DNA of 62,809 nucleotides, filler included. It is 6 parts of 6 records of this genome, joined end to end, with 100 filler letters (N's around TTAATTAATTAA, not from the genome) between each part and the next. Parts side by side here need not be neighbours in the genome. Positions count along the whole stretch, not along the records: positions 15,427 to 30,614 come from SRR31156797_12057; 5 more parts are not named here. The stretch is one strand, 5' to 3'. Below are positions 21,345 to 30,584 of this stretch, one piece after another. Position numbers and translations under genes: made by a program. Each line of letters begins with the position of its first letter. Position 1 is the stretch's first letter. The notes under the pieces are model-generated. The model did not search any database. It saw only the letters and a program-made list of their open reading frames with translations, and was not told where the DNA came from.

Positions 21345-21575
21345 ATGACGAACGAACAAATCAAACAGCAAATAATGACCCTGTGGTGGCCCCGGTACAG
21401 CAAGAGGATCAAGAAGATGGGACCCGAGGAGACGCAGTCACAAGCGGACGCCCTGGTGAACATGACACGCAGGGAAATGGACGACCTGAAGCTGATCGGC
21501 CTGGACGAGGAGACAGCCTGGACGGAAGCTCGCCGGATCTGTCTGGTGCCGCCAGTGGTGCCCGACCAAAAATAA
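21345..21575 (+). CDS. Small helical protein (76 aa) nested in a polyvalent-protein relic frame
   Basis: SD AAGGAG before ATG; ordered amphipathic sequence ending AWTEARRICLVPP. Confidence 0.7.
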   Translation: MTNEQIKQQIMTLWWPRYSKRIKKMGPEETQSQADALVNMTRREMDDLKLIGLDEETAWTEARRICLVPPVVPDQK

Positions 21576-21623
21576 GGCAACCCGTCCAAAATTCAAATAT
21601 ATCAAAAGGAATCTGCCAGCTAG

Positions 21624-23717
21624 AATGTTGAACCCCTTGAGCGCGACGCCCTGAGAGAGAAGGTCCGTTGGCTCCAAATCCAGGTGGCCTTTGCCGAGGC
21701 CGAGGCCGACATCGAGCGAAGTGGTCGAGACAATCAGTACATTGACTCAGACTCTACCCGCCCCCTGTCGCAAGTCTCTGGAATTACATTGAGGGAAGAG
21801 GAAACCATTACGGTTAAAGGCGAGGCCTACCGGACTACCGGCCTCCACACCGCCCACGGCACCGCCCTCCAGGCCGTGCGGGAAAGCGATGGCGTACCGG
21901 CCATTATCTTCGAGTCTACGGTGGATGGCCCCAACAAGGAGAAGGTCAAACAGCACGATGTCCTCTTGCAACCGGAGTCTATGCGCGAAGCGCCTGCTAA
22001 GAAGGATAAGGCACGAAGCGCCGAGAGCGACCGTAGCCGCAAAGAGCCTACCACCGACGAAATTATTGATGACGTTCTTGGGGATCTCATCACTGATGAG
22101 CCTGGACTGAAAGCGTTCCTTGGTGGTAAGGGGACTCGAAAGGAGGCCCAATATGAAAACGAAAGAGTCAGTGGCTCCATCGGTCGCTTGCAAAAACGTG
22201 TTGAGGAACGAATCGGTCGTAGACTTCTTCCCGGCGCTTTCCGAGAAGTTACATTGTCTGGGGCCGCTGGACAGGCCATGTACCGCCTCGGAAAAAATCT
22301 CGGGGTGGAAGTCGTCTTCTTCCGCACAACCGACGAAGTCAAAGACGGCGAAGGTTACGCCCACGAAGGGAAAATCTATCTCCGAGTAGACACGCCCGAA
22401 CCTCACTTGTTCCTCCTGGGACATGAGCTCCTCCATATAATCAAGAGTTCCTCACGCGAACATTACGAGCGTTTCAAGTCTGCCGTTCTTGCAGAATTGG
22501 AACACCAAGGAACTCTTGGGCTGTACCGCAGAAAATACCGCGAACGCCTCAAAGAATTGAGCCTCGAAGATATGCACGACGAGGAGATCGACGAGGAGTT
22601 CATTGCCGATGTAGTCGGCAGTGAGTTTATGAATAATGAGTTCTGGGAGAACTTGGCCAAGCGGGATACCCCTCTCTTCCAAAAGGTCCAGTCCTGGTTG
22701 TCTGGTATGCTCAACAAACTCACCAAGGGCTCCTTTGACAGCCCTAACTTTGAAGCCTTCAAGAACCTGGACAACATCCACACCGCCCTGGCCACCACCA
22801 TCGACGACTTTGTGGCCAACTCCTCCATTAAAAAGGTTGGCGAGGTTAAAGCCTCCCTGGGCCGAGATCTCCACAACGAGCTCGAACAGAAACGCACATT
22901 CGTCAATACCCTCTTCGAGCGCCAGGACGAAGCTCGCTACCAGATTCAGCGCATTGCGCGTAACCTGGAGAAAGAGGTACAGCGCCTCGCCGGTTCCAAG
23001 CGTGGCCGTCCTGTGGGACCGTTCGCCTACGACCGGAAGTACGCCGACTCGAAAGCGGCCCGTGACCTTAACGAGGCCATGATGATCTACCGAGATCTCA
23101 AAATTAACCCCGAGAAGGCGAACGAATTCCGTGCATGGGCCAAGCGCCAATTGAGACGAGCTCGCGGAAAATTCAGACTTCAAATCAAGCACCAACTGGA
23201 AGTCCTCAACCGGGCAGAGAACCTGACCGACAAGCAAAAAGAGTTCGTGGATACTCGCATGGACCGTGCTTTCGAGAAGCTGACACAGATTGCAAACGCC
23301 CACGGCGTGACCAAGTCAGCGCTTGATCATTACGTCCGGCGCGTGTGGAAGCGGGAAGATCTCAAACGAGACACAGACAATTCCAGTTACGGATTCAAAA
23401 CCTTTACCACAGCATCCATGCAGCGCTCGCGTGAGACGATCATGGACGGTTGGATGGCCGGTGACGACCTGGCCGTCAAGGGCCTCGTAAACTCCTACCA
23501 GGCGCTTGGCGAAGATCTCACAACAGTTGTAGCCAACAAGCGGTTCTTGCAACTGGGAATGAAGCACGGGATCTTCACCACCAAGGACTTGGATGGGTAT
23601 GAGAAGCTCAATGCGCCTGGCTTCGCCGTGTGGCAGGTCCGAGCGAGTGATGCCCATGTTACAATCCAGTATGCAATTAATACATGCGCGACAGAACTAC
23701 ATGCTCTTACGACATAG
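21624..23717 (+). pseudogene. Truncated fragment of a phage large polyvalent / internal virion protein with a zincin-like HExxH domain
   Basis: GEGY..GKIYL, LGHELLH, EEFIAD; C-terminal YVRRVW..RETIMDG..NKRFL segment; no SD at GTG 21684; frame opens after TAG 21621; atypical C-terminal tail. Confidence 0.6.
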
Positions 23718-23784
23718 TTGCGGCTTGACCCCATTTCCTCTTCTGCTACTCTTTCAATGGGGGCTTCCGGTTACACTGTAATTA

Positions 23785-25167
23785 TTATTCGGAAACGGTG
23801 TCAAAACTGCCGCCCAGGGCTAGATGCAGGTCGATGCGCTGCAGAAGGCGTTGGTTGCGGATGTTGATCAACTCTACGCTTGAGCCGATCCATTGTCCCT
23901 GCATAATGAGCACGCTTAGGAGATCAGCTTTGCCAACTATATATTCGGCCCTGGCGATTTTAAGAGCATCCCGATACCGCGCTTCCACCGACTTCAGATA
24001 ATCATACTGGCTGGCAAGGTTTTTTTCGGACGACAGAGAGTTTTCCACTTCTCGAAACGCAACGAGTGCCTGCTGACCGTAACTGGCCATGGCCGCTTTC
24101 TGACCCGCTGTGGCGATGTCCACCTGCGCCTCAAGTGCTCCGCCTGTGTACAGAGGGCCGAACACACCCGCACCAAGGGTAGCAATAGTGTCCGCAAGGT
24201 TGTTGAACGCACCCACCGCGGAAAGGGAAAAGCGCGGGAGTCGAGCCAACTCGGCCTGCTGCGTCAGATAAAAGGCGGCAGCCACCCTACGCTCCGCAGC
24301 CTGTAAGTCGGGGCGCCGCTCCAGCAACTGGGAAGGTAGCCCCGCAGGCAACGGACCGGGGAACGCTGGCAAATCGTCTGCGGTGTCCATTTCTGCCGAG
24401 GGGTATCTGCCAAGCAACAATTCCAGACTGCGCTGGGCACGCTCCACGGCAAGGTCCGTCTGTTCGCGCCGTGATTTGGCAGCCGAAAGATTCGCTTCGG
24501 CCAGATGAACGTCTTGCATAGAGACCCGTCCCACCTCATGTCTGGTCTTAACGAGCTCGAACGTTTGGTCCATAATGGCGACCACGTCGTCGGCCAATGC
24601 GCTTTGCAATTTGGTTTCGATGCAGATGAACCATGCCTTGGCCACGGCTGCGGCAATGGACTGGCGGGCAAATTCGTAGTCGGACTGCGTGGCTTGCAGC
24701 GATTCCTCGGCTGCTGCGGTTCCGGCCCGGATACGGCCCCAGACGTCGAGTTCCCAGGACACGCCCAGCCCCACGTTGTACCGCTTGCTGTCTCCGGCAA
24801 GGGCTGCAAGCTGTTCGTTGCCGATAGTGGAACCGCTCACTTCGGCCCCATAGCCGACCATGGGCTTGAGAGCTGCGCCCGCAAGCACGGATTGGGCCGT
24901 GGCCCGTTCCACTCCGGCTTTGGCGGTCTGCAGGTCCAGGTTGTTCTTAAGGGCCTCATCCACCAACGCTCGCAGTTCCGCGTCGTCGAAGTTGTCCAAC
25001 CAGCCGTCATCAACGTTGCCTCTGTCCTGCGGGGAGGCATAGCTGTCGGGCACCGTTGTCTGTTCCGGCAAGGACGAACGTTGGATATCGCTCCCCTTGG
25101 GGGCCGGGGTGACGGCGCAACCGGTAAAACAGACAAGCAGGGTGATCAGGATGATGAACCGTTTCAT
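23785..25167 (-). CDS. TolC/NodT-family outer-membrane efflux lipoprotein
   Basis: Lipobox FTGC, NNLDLQ, SWELDVWGR, LLERRPDLQAAE, LALGG. Confidence 0.93.
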   Translation of the reverse strand: MKRFIILITLLVCFTGCAVTPAPKGSDIQRSSLPEQTTVPDSYASPQDRGNVDDGWLDNFDDAELRALVDEALKNNLDLQTAKAGVERATAQSVLAGAALKPMVGYGAEVSGSTIGNEQLAALAGDSKRYNVGLGVSWELDVWGRIRAGTAAAEESLQATQSDYEFARQSIAAAVAKAWFICIETKLQSALADDVVAIMDQTFELVKTRHEVGRVSMQDVHLAEANLSAAKSRREQTDLAVERAQRSLELLLGRYPSAEMDTADDLPAFPGPLPAGLPSQLLERRPDLQAAERRVAAAFYLTQQAELARLPRFSLSAVGAFNNLADTIATLGAGVFGPLYTGGALEAQVDIATAGQKAAMASYGQQALVAFREVENSLSSEKNLASQYDYLKSVEARYRDALKIARAEYIVGKADLLSVLIMQGQWIGSSVELINIRNQRLLQRIDLHLALGGSFDTVSE

Positions 25168-25175
25168 GGCGTATC

Positions 25176-26123
25176 CTAGTAAGGCAGTATGTAGTTCAAC
25201 CAGGCGTCCATACGGATGATAACCTGGCGAATGATGTGTGAGAATCCGGCACTCTTTGTGTAGATGGCCGCCGTGCCCAATGCGCCGCCGTAGATGGCGT
25301 CCTTGGGTAGATCCACGTTGTCGTCAAGTTGGACCACCACCGGGAACATACCTGGAAAGTTGGGGTTGGGAGCCGTCGGGGCGACGCCCGTGGGTATCCA
25401 CTGCCCCTGACCGATGGCGGTAGCCACATGGACTACGCTGCCTTTGTATATCCTGCCCGGCTGCAACTTCCAACTCACTTCGACATTCTGCCCCGGCTTG
25501 ACGTGGCGCAAGTAAGTCTGGGGGAGCCAGATGATGGGAATCCGGTTGTCCTTGACGAATGACACCCAGGATCGCAGCGGCATATTGGCCACACGCTGGC
25601 CTTTCTGGAGGGCCAGTGCAACTACATGCCCGTCCGCTGGGGCCTTGACCACAGTTTCTTCCAGATTCCACTTGGCGGACAGGAGTTGCGCTTCGAGCTG
25701 GCGTACCGTGGACTCGAATTGTTCCACGTCGTAACGGCTTCCCGCACTCTTTCCGGCAAGCTGTGTGGACTGCTTGAGTCGTAGCCGCGCCAAATCGAGC
25801 TGGGCTTCAAGGTTGTCGACAGTCGCCTTGAACAGGGTGTCGTCGATGGTGAAGATCGGATCGCCCTTGTGCATGGCCTTGAGCGGCTTGGCCGTTACTT
25901 CCGCCACTTCGCCGCTGACGTTGGGGATCACTTCCAGGATTTCCTGATACATGTTGATGTTGCCCTGCGGCGCACCCCATTGCATTGGAATGAAGAGGAA
26001 CACTAGCAGCGCGATCATCCACAGGACCGGGGAGAATTTCCAGAACGGGGTCCAGCGGATGATGTTCATCTTTACCAGTCCGAACAGGATGCCGACATAG
26101 ATGAGGACCAGAAAAACAATCAT
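25176..26123 (-). CDS. HlyD-family membrane fusion protein (YiaV/YibH-like)
   Basis: Two N-terminal TM helices, VIPNVSGEV, KGDPIFTID, VKAPADGHV. Confidence 0.9.
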   Translation of the reverse strand: MIVFLVLIYVGILFGLVKMNIIRWTPFWKFSPVLWMIALLVFLFIPMQWGAPQGNINMYQEILEVIPNVSGEVAEVTAKPLKAMHKGDPIFTIDDTLFKATVDNLEAQLDLARLRLKQSTQLAGKSAGSRYDVEQFESTVRQLEAQLLSAKWNLEETVVKAPADGHVVALALQKGQRVANMPLRSWVSFVKDNRIPIIWLPQTYLRHVKPGQNVEVSWKLQPGRIYKGSVVHVATAIGQGQWIPTGVAPTAPNPNFPGMFPVVVQLDDNVDLPKDAIYGGALGTAAIYTKSAGFSHIIRQVIIRMDAWLNYILPY

Positions 26124-26365
26124 GCCTGTTCCTCCTTGGATTTTTTATCAGGGACCGTGAAGGCCCAGATGAATGCCACGGGCATGAGCAGCCCCATGGT
26201 TATGGCGCCCCACCAGCCACAGATATTGACGGCCTCGGCCTGGGGGTGATTTCGCTGCCTAGCTATCTTGCCCGGCAACATGCCGAGGAACAGCCATATT
26301 CCAACGGCTGTGATAATCAGGACCACAAGGATGACAAGAGCGAAGTATTGCAACCCGTCAAACAT
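26120..26365 (-). CDS. DUF3302 (YiaW/YibI-like) small membrane protein
   Basis: LPGKIARQRNHPQAEAV..GW..P.AFIWA signature. Confidence 0.88.
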   Translation of the reverse strand: MFDGLQYFALVILVVLIITAVGIWLFLGMLPGKIARQRNHPQAEAVNICGWWGAITMGLLMPVAFIWAFTVPDKKSKEEQA

Positions 26366-26403
26366 CGACTACTCCTTTTATAGGTAATTGAGCATCCGTA
26401 GGT

Positions 26404-27525
26404 CTATTCCGCAAGGGAGAGGCTGCTCGGCTCAAAAAGATCCTCAATGGTGAGAAGCTTCTTGGCGAGTTTCTGCTCGTAGGAGTACCGGAACAGCGCC
26501 TCCAGCGTCTTACGGTTCGGCTCGATGCCGTAGGGGAAATAGTTGTCCCCCATAAGTCGTTTTGTTTCTTCATACTCCTGCGGAGCCCACGGCAGCATTA
26601 AGTCGTACCACGCCTTCTGGGTCAGGTAGTCGTATGCCTTCTGCTTGGACTGGGAGTATGCCTTGAAAGTGGCCTCTACCAGTCCGGGGTGGGCCTCGGA
26701 GAGATCTTTCCTGATGGCTACGGCGTGCATGATCGGGAAGATACCCGTCTTCTTGAAAAATGCCTGCTCTTCGGCCCTGGAATCGGCAAGGATGCGGGCA
26801 ACCTTGGGGTGGCCTTCAATAAAGCATTGGGGTTCTGCTGCGTGGAAAACCGCGTCCACGTCGCCGTCCGCCAGCAGATCCGATTCGCTCTTGCCCGCCG
26901 GCCCCATGGTGGCGGAAATGCCCTTGGGCACGACGCTCTCCTCGGCTGAGACCTTGCCTGCGGCATTGGCCGAGGAATCCTTTTGGGAAATGACCCACTT
27001 CACCTCTTCCGGCTTAAGGCCATACTCGTCCTGGAAGATGCCGCGAATCCATGTCAGCGAGGTGGACGAGTACCCTGCTGTTGCGACTTTTTTCCCCCGC
27101 AGGTCTTGAGGTTTATTGATGCCCCGATCCGTGCGGATAAAGACGTTCTTGTGGCGGAATGTCCGAAGGGGAAATATCGGAAGGAGCCAATAGTCGCGAA
27201 AATTGTTGTTGGCATAGGCAAGCATGAAGGGGTGCAGCCCGACTTCGGTGATACCGAGTGTCTGCGGCCCGCTGAACACATGGGTGTTGATGTCGCCGAT
27301 TCCCATGGGTTTGTATGTGATGTCACATCCTTCGATGCCGATTTCCCCGCTGACGAGGGCGCGGGTTCGATCCAGGCTGTATCCGGACAACTCAATGGGG
27401 ATGCCCTTGGCGGTGGCACTGGCAGGCGCGCTGCCTAGCAGGGAAACGGCTACGGCCGATGCGGACGCAGTCTTGATGAAATCTCTTCGGGAGATGCCGT
27501 TGGTGTCGCTAGTCTTTTTACTCAT
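26404..27525 (-). CDS. Tat-exported periplasmic-binding-fold protein related to 4,5-dihydroxyphthalate decarboxylase
   Basis: SRRDFIK Tat motif; PIFPLRTFRH, DLRGKKV, WIRG, TGIFPIMHAV, PYGIEPNRKTLE. Confidence 0.82.
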   Translation of the reverse strand: MSKKTSDTNGISRRDFIKTASASAVAVSLLGSAPASATAKGIPIELSGYSLDRTRALVSGEIGIEGCDITYKPMGIGDINTHVFSGPQTLGITEVGLHPFMLAYANNNFRDYWLLPIFPLRTFRHKNVFIRTDRGINKPQDLRGKKVATAGYSSTSLTWIRGIFQDEYGLKPEEVKWVISQKDSSANAAGKVSAEESVVPKGISATMGPAGKSESDLLADGDVDAVFHAAEPQCFIEGHPKVARILADSRAEEQAFFKKTGIFPIMHAVAIRKDLSEAHPGLVEATFKAYSQSKQKAYDYLTQKAWYDLMLPWAPQEYEETKRLMGDNYFPYGIEPNRKTLEALFRYSYEQKLAKKLLTIEDLFEPSSLSLAE

Positions 27526-27543
27526 TGGTATATCTTCATTTTT

Positions 27544-28284
27544 TTAGAAGTCGAATTTGAATCCGAATGCCGGGCCGATCTGGAGCAGGTCGTACTTGAA
27601 CCCGTCGTCACGGTAATAGACGTCCATGGCCCGGAAGCCTGCCACCAGCGAAAAGTGCTTGGCAGCCTGATAGTCAAAAAGCAGTTCGCCGTTCAGGGCG
27701 TGGTCGGCCCCGATGCCGAAACCGCCGACATCGCCACGGAACGACATTTTCCAATCATCGGAAATCTGGTGCACAAGCCGCAAGCCCACCACCGGGTCCA
27801 CCCAGTCTACATCCTTGTCGATGGACCGGGCCGAACCTATGGACAGGTCCAGAAACGTGGCGCGAAATCCGGCCAGAAAATCCAGATGGGTGTCTTCCTG
27901 CAAGAATATGGAGTAATAGCCGAGCAGTTCGGTCATGGTCTGGCTGAAACTGACATCGATATTGCCGGGGCCCACTGCCTGGCTGCCTGTGAGCTTCATG
28001 TACGACGTGTCGAATAGGGCACCATACTGCCCCTTGTTCGCTTGCATGCGCAGGGTGAACATGGATTCCAGTGCATTTGCCACGTCCCCGAAGTTCATTT
28101 TGACATCCGTGGCTGCAGGCCCGGTCGTGGCAGTGCCGTCAAGGTGCACGGCCCAAAGATACATGGGGGCAACGTCGAACTGCCAGGGTTCGCTTTCATC
28201 GCCGCCTTCCGCGCATACGGGGAATGCGAGGGCTATTGCGACGAAAAAAAAGAGAGCTGTTGAGAAAGGGCGCGCGCTGTTCAT
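27544..28284 (-). CDS. Outer-membrane beta-barrel protein
   Basis: Signal peptide, WQFDVAPMYLW, DWVDPVVG, DVGGFGIG, C-terminal FDF. Confidence 0.8.
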   Translation of the reverse strand: MNSARPFSTALFFFVAIALAFPVCAEGGDESEPWQFDVAPMYLWAVHLDGTATTGPAATDVKMNFGDVANALESMFTLRMQANKGQYGALFDTSYMKLTGSQAVGPGNIDVSFSQTMTELLGYYSIFLQEDTHLDFLAGFRATFLDLSIGSARSIDKDVDWVDPVVGLRLVHQISDDWKMSFRGDVGGFGIGADHALNGELLFDYQAAKHFSLVAGFRAMDVYYRDDGFKYDLLQIGPAFGFKFDF

Positions 28285-28294
28285 ATTAAAATCC

Positions 28295-28340
28295 AAAAAA
28301 AGACGAGGCGAGAGGCCGTGGAATCCGGCCTCTCGCCTTG
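28295..28340 (-). terminator. Intrinsic terminator after the sulfatase gene
   Basis: CGAGGCGAGAGGCCG/CGGCCTCTCGCCTTG stem with a T7 tract on the minus strand. Confidence 0.75.
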
Positions 28341-28353
28341 ATGGTTGTTGGTT

Positions 28354-29964
28354 CTAATTTTTGGGCTTGAAGTTGGACAGGCCCGTAAATACTTTACCTG
28401 TACGGGGTGGGGTATTGGGGTATTTTTCCATCATTTTTTCGTGATTCGCCTTGATGGCATCAAAGGGTTCCCATGCCCACAGGAACTGGCCCATCATGCC
28501 ATGCTCTTCGCGGGGGTCCTTGTACAAGTCAAAGAAGGACTTGCCCACTAGGCCGGGACGGCTAGACGCCCAATGGCGCTTATACTGTTGTTTGACGGTC
28601 GCCCCGTACATAGGACCTGCATAGATATGGACATAGTCACGGCGGCTGTGCCCGTCACCGTTGATGAGCAGAGAGGTCTGGTCCACACCGTCGATGACGC
28701 GATCGGTGGGGATGTACTTGGTCGCATCTCCAATGCGGGCAAAGGTGGTGAACAGATCAGAGACATGGAGGATGTCGCCAGCCACAGAACCGCTCTCGAT
28801 GACGCCAGGCCATCTGGCGAATGCTGGAACACGAACGCCGCCTTCAAGGAAGGAACCTTTGCCACCGGAGAAGATGGCTTGGAATGCTTCGTCGGGGAAG
28901 ATCTCTTTCATGGGACCGTTGTCAGCCATGAGGATAATCAGGGTGTTTTCAGCTATGCCAGCTTTTTCCACTTCTGCGAAGATTTCGGCAACCATCTTAT
29001 CCATGTGTTCTACAAAGTCACCGAAAGCGTTGGCGCGAGCGCTATTTGCCTCACGGCCATGCTTGACTTCGGGGGCAAAGTTTGGCCCATGAAACCAGTA
29101 ATCAAGATAAAAGGGTTTTTTGTCCCCTGCGTGGTCACGGATATACTGTAAGGTGCGCGAATGGGTTTCCTTGGTGAAGCGAAGCTGTTCATCTGCTGAA
29201 AGGTCCTTATTCCAACGTTTGCCCTTTTCGCCTTTTTTGCCTTCAACTGCCCAGACAATTTCATCGCCAGAATAACGGAATTTCTTGTCGATGGCATACC
29301 CATGCTTGTCCCACTGGTCTTCAGTGTAGCCGACGGTCATGCGGATAAGCTCGCCTTCTTTGTTGAAGAACTGAGATGCAAACTGGTTGTAGGTCGAGAA
29401 AAGAGCTTCATCGAACCCCTGGTTGTGCAAATAGCTTTCTTCGATATCGCCTTGATGAGCCTTGCCGAAGAATGCGGTCTGATAACCGGCTTTGGACAGG
29501 ATTTCCGCGATGGTCACTTCTTCACCGGGCAATCCCATTCCGTGGATGGGAAAAATAACTTGATACATGCCGGTACGAATGGGGTGACGTCCCGTCAATG
29601 CTGCGGCGCGGGTTGGCGTGCAGGATGGCTCGGTATACATGCGGGTGAACGTCATGCCGTCTTCTGCCATCTTGGCGATGGTCGGCGTGTCGATACCATG
29701 CACACGGGTTAAAATGGGGCTACCGACGTCGCCATAGCCAGAGTCGTCCCACATCAGGTGAATGATATTCGGAGACTTGCCATATTTGGCTTTGAGTTCG
29801 GCAAGTTTCTTGTCGAGCTTCACGTCTTCCATGGTCCACTTGGCGCCGTGTTGTTCGTACAGTTTGACGAACTCGGCATCATGAACAATCTTCTTGCCGG
29901 CATGAGCGGGGATGATCCCCAATACCATAACCAGCATGGTAATTAAGAGAATTCTGATTTTCAT
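28354..29964 (-). CDS. Exported Cys-type arylsulfatase (formylglycine-dependent family)
   Basis: Signal peptide, PNIIHLMWDDSG, SCTPTRAAALTG (CxPxR), GKAH, ADNG, GGKGSFLEGGVRVP. Confidence 0.93.
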   Translation of the reverse strand: MKIRILLITMLVMVLGIIPAHAGKKIVHDAEFVKLYEQHGAKWTMEDVKLDKKLAELKAKYGKSPNIIHLMWDDSGYGDVGSPILTRVHGIDTPTIAKMAEDGMTFTRMYTEPSCTPTRAAALTGRHPIRTGMYQVIFPIHGMGLPGEEVTIAEILSKAGYQTAFFGKAHQGDIEESYLHNQGFDEALFSTYNQFASQFFNKEGELIRMTVGYTEDQWDKHGYAIDKKFRYSGDEIVWAVEGKKGEKGKRWNKDLSADEQLRFTKETHSRTLQYIRDHAGDKKPFYLDYWFHGPNFAPEVKHGREANSARANAFGDFVEHMDKMVAEIFAEVEKAGIAENTLIILMADNGPMKEIFPDEAFQAIFSGGKGSFLEGGVRVPAFARWPGVIESGSVAGDILHVSDLFTTFARIGDATKYIPTDRVIDGVDQTSLLINGDGHSRRDYVHIYAGPMYGATVKQQYKRHWASSRPGLVGKSFFDLYKDPREEHGMMGQFLWAWEPFDAIKANHEKMMEKYPNTPPRTGKVFTGLSNFKPKN

Positions 29965-30513
29965 ACGATCACCTCATTTGGAATGCTGTAATACTTCTCG
30001 ATTTCCACAGTAAAAACATTGTCGACTTACACGGCGGGAAATAGCCCTATACCACTAGGTAATAACTCTTATCACATATTTACCTAAAATCCATCAAAAA
30101 AGTGCTTTTTTAAGAGTAGTATACTGTGACTAGTTGTTATTTTTATATAATACACCTTAGTATTGACGACTTGTGTGAATCGCTTCTCTCTGTGATACAA
30201 GCCATCTGCGCTTGAGGCCACTCTCTCCTGCAGGAGGAAGTGGTAGCAGACTTTTACGGTAGGGTTTTCAGCACGTTACATTTTGGGTCAAGCCGTTAAC
30301 AAGCTGAGAAATGCACCAGATTAAAGGAGGTCTATAGGCCTCCTTTTCCTATTGTAGCCTCTTTCGAGCAAGTCTGCCCTCTCTCAACTTTGACGACCAA
30401 TGACAAAAATGGCGTTTAAGACATTTTTGACGTTATACTCAACGTGCAGACAAAAATCTTTGCCACCCCATACACAAAGTTAGCTAACTAAAAGAACCCA
30501 AATTGCTCTAGGC

Positions 30514-30536
30514 TGTGGGGACTATTGTGGGGACCA
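30514..30536 (+). repeat. Two TGTGGGGAC repeats with 12-bp period (putative integrase arm sites)
   Basis: Copies at 30514 and 30526; same motif and orientation as 15572-15606. Confidence 0.8.
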
Positions 30537-30543
30537 TAAAAAA

Positions 30544-30579
30544 TAAGGCCTCAGAGCATACACTCTAAGGCCTTGATTT
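30544..30579 (-). promoter_or_regulatory. Hairpin downstream of the tRNA with an overlapping IHF-like site
   Basis: TAAGGCCT..AGGCCTT stem; minus-strand AATCAAGGCCTTA fits WATCAAnnnnTTR. Confidence 0.55.
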
Positions 30580-30584
30580 TATTG

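Noticed and set aside
21621-21623. TAG as a recoded or readthrough codon joining upstream ORFs to the long ORF
   Set aside because: The same frame has another stop at 21573 and the linker-like upstream frame is a different one; decay by frameshift is simpler
21747-23303. Long minus-strand ORFs opposite the polyvalent fragment
   Set aside because: Antisense shadows with no recognisable domains
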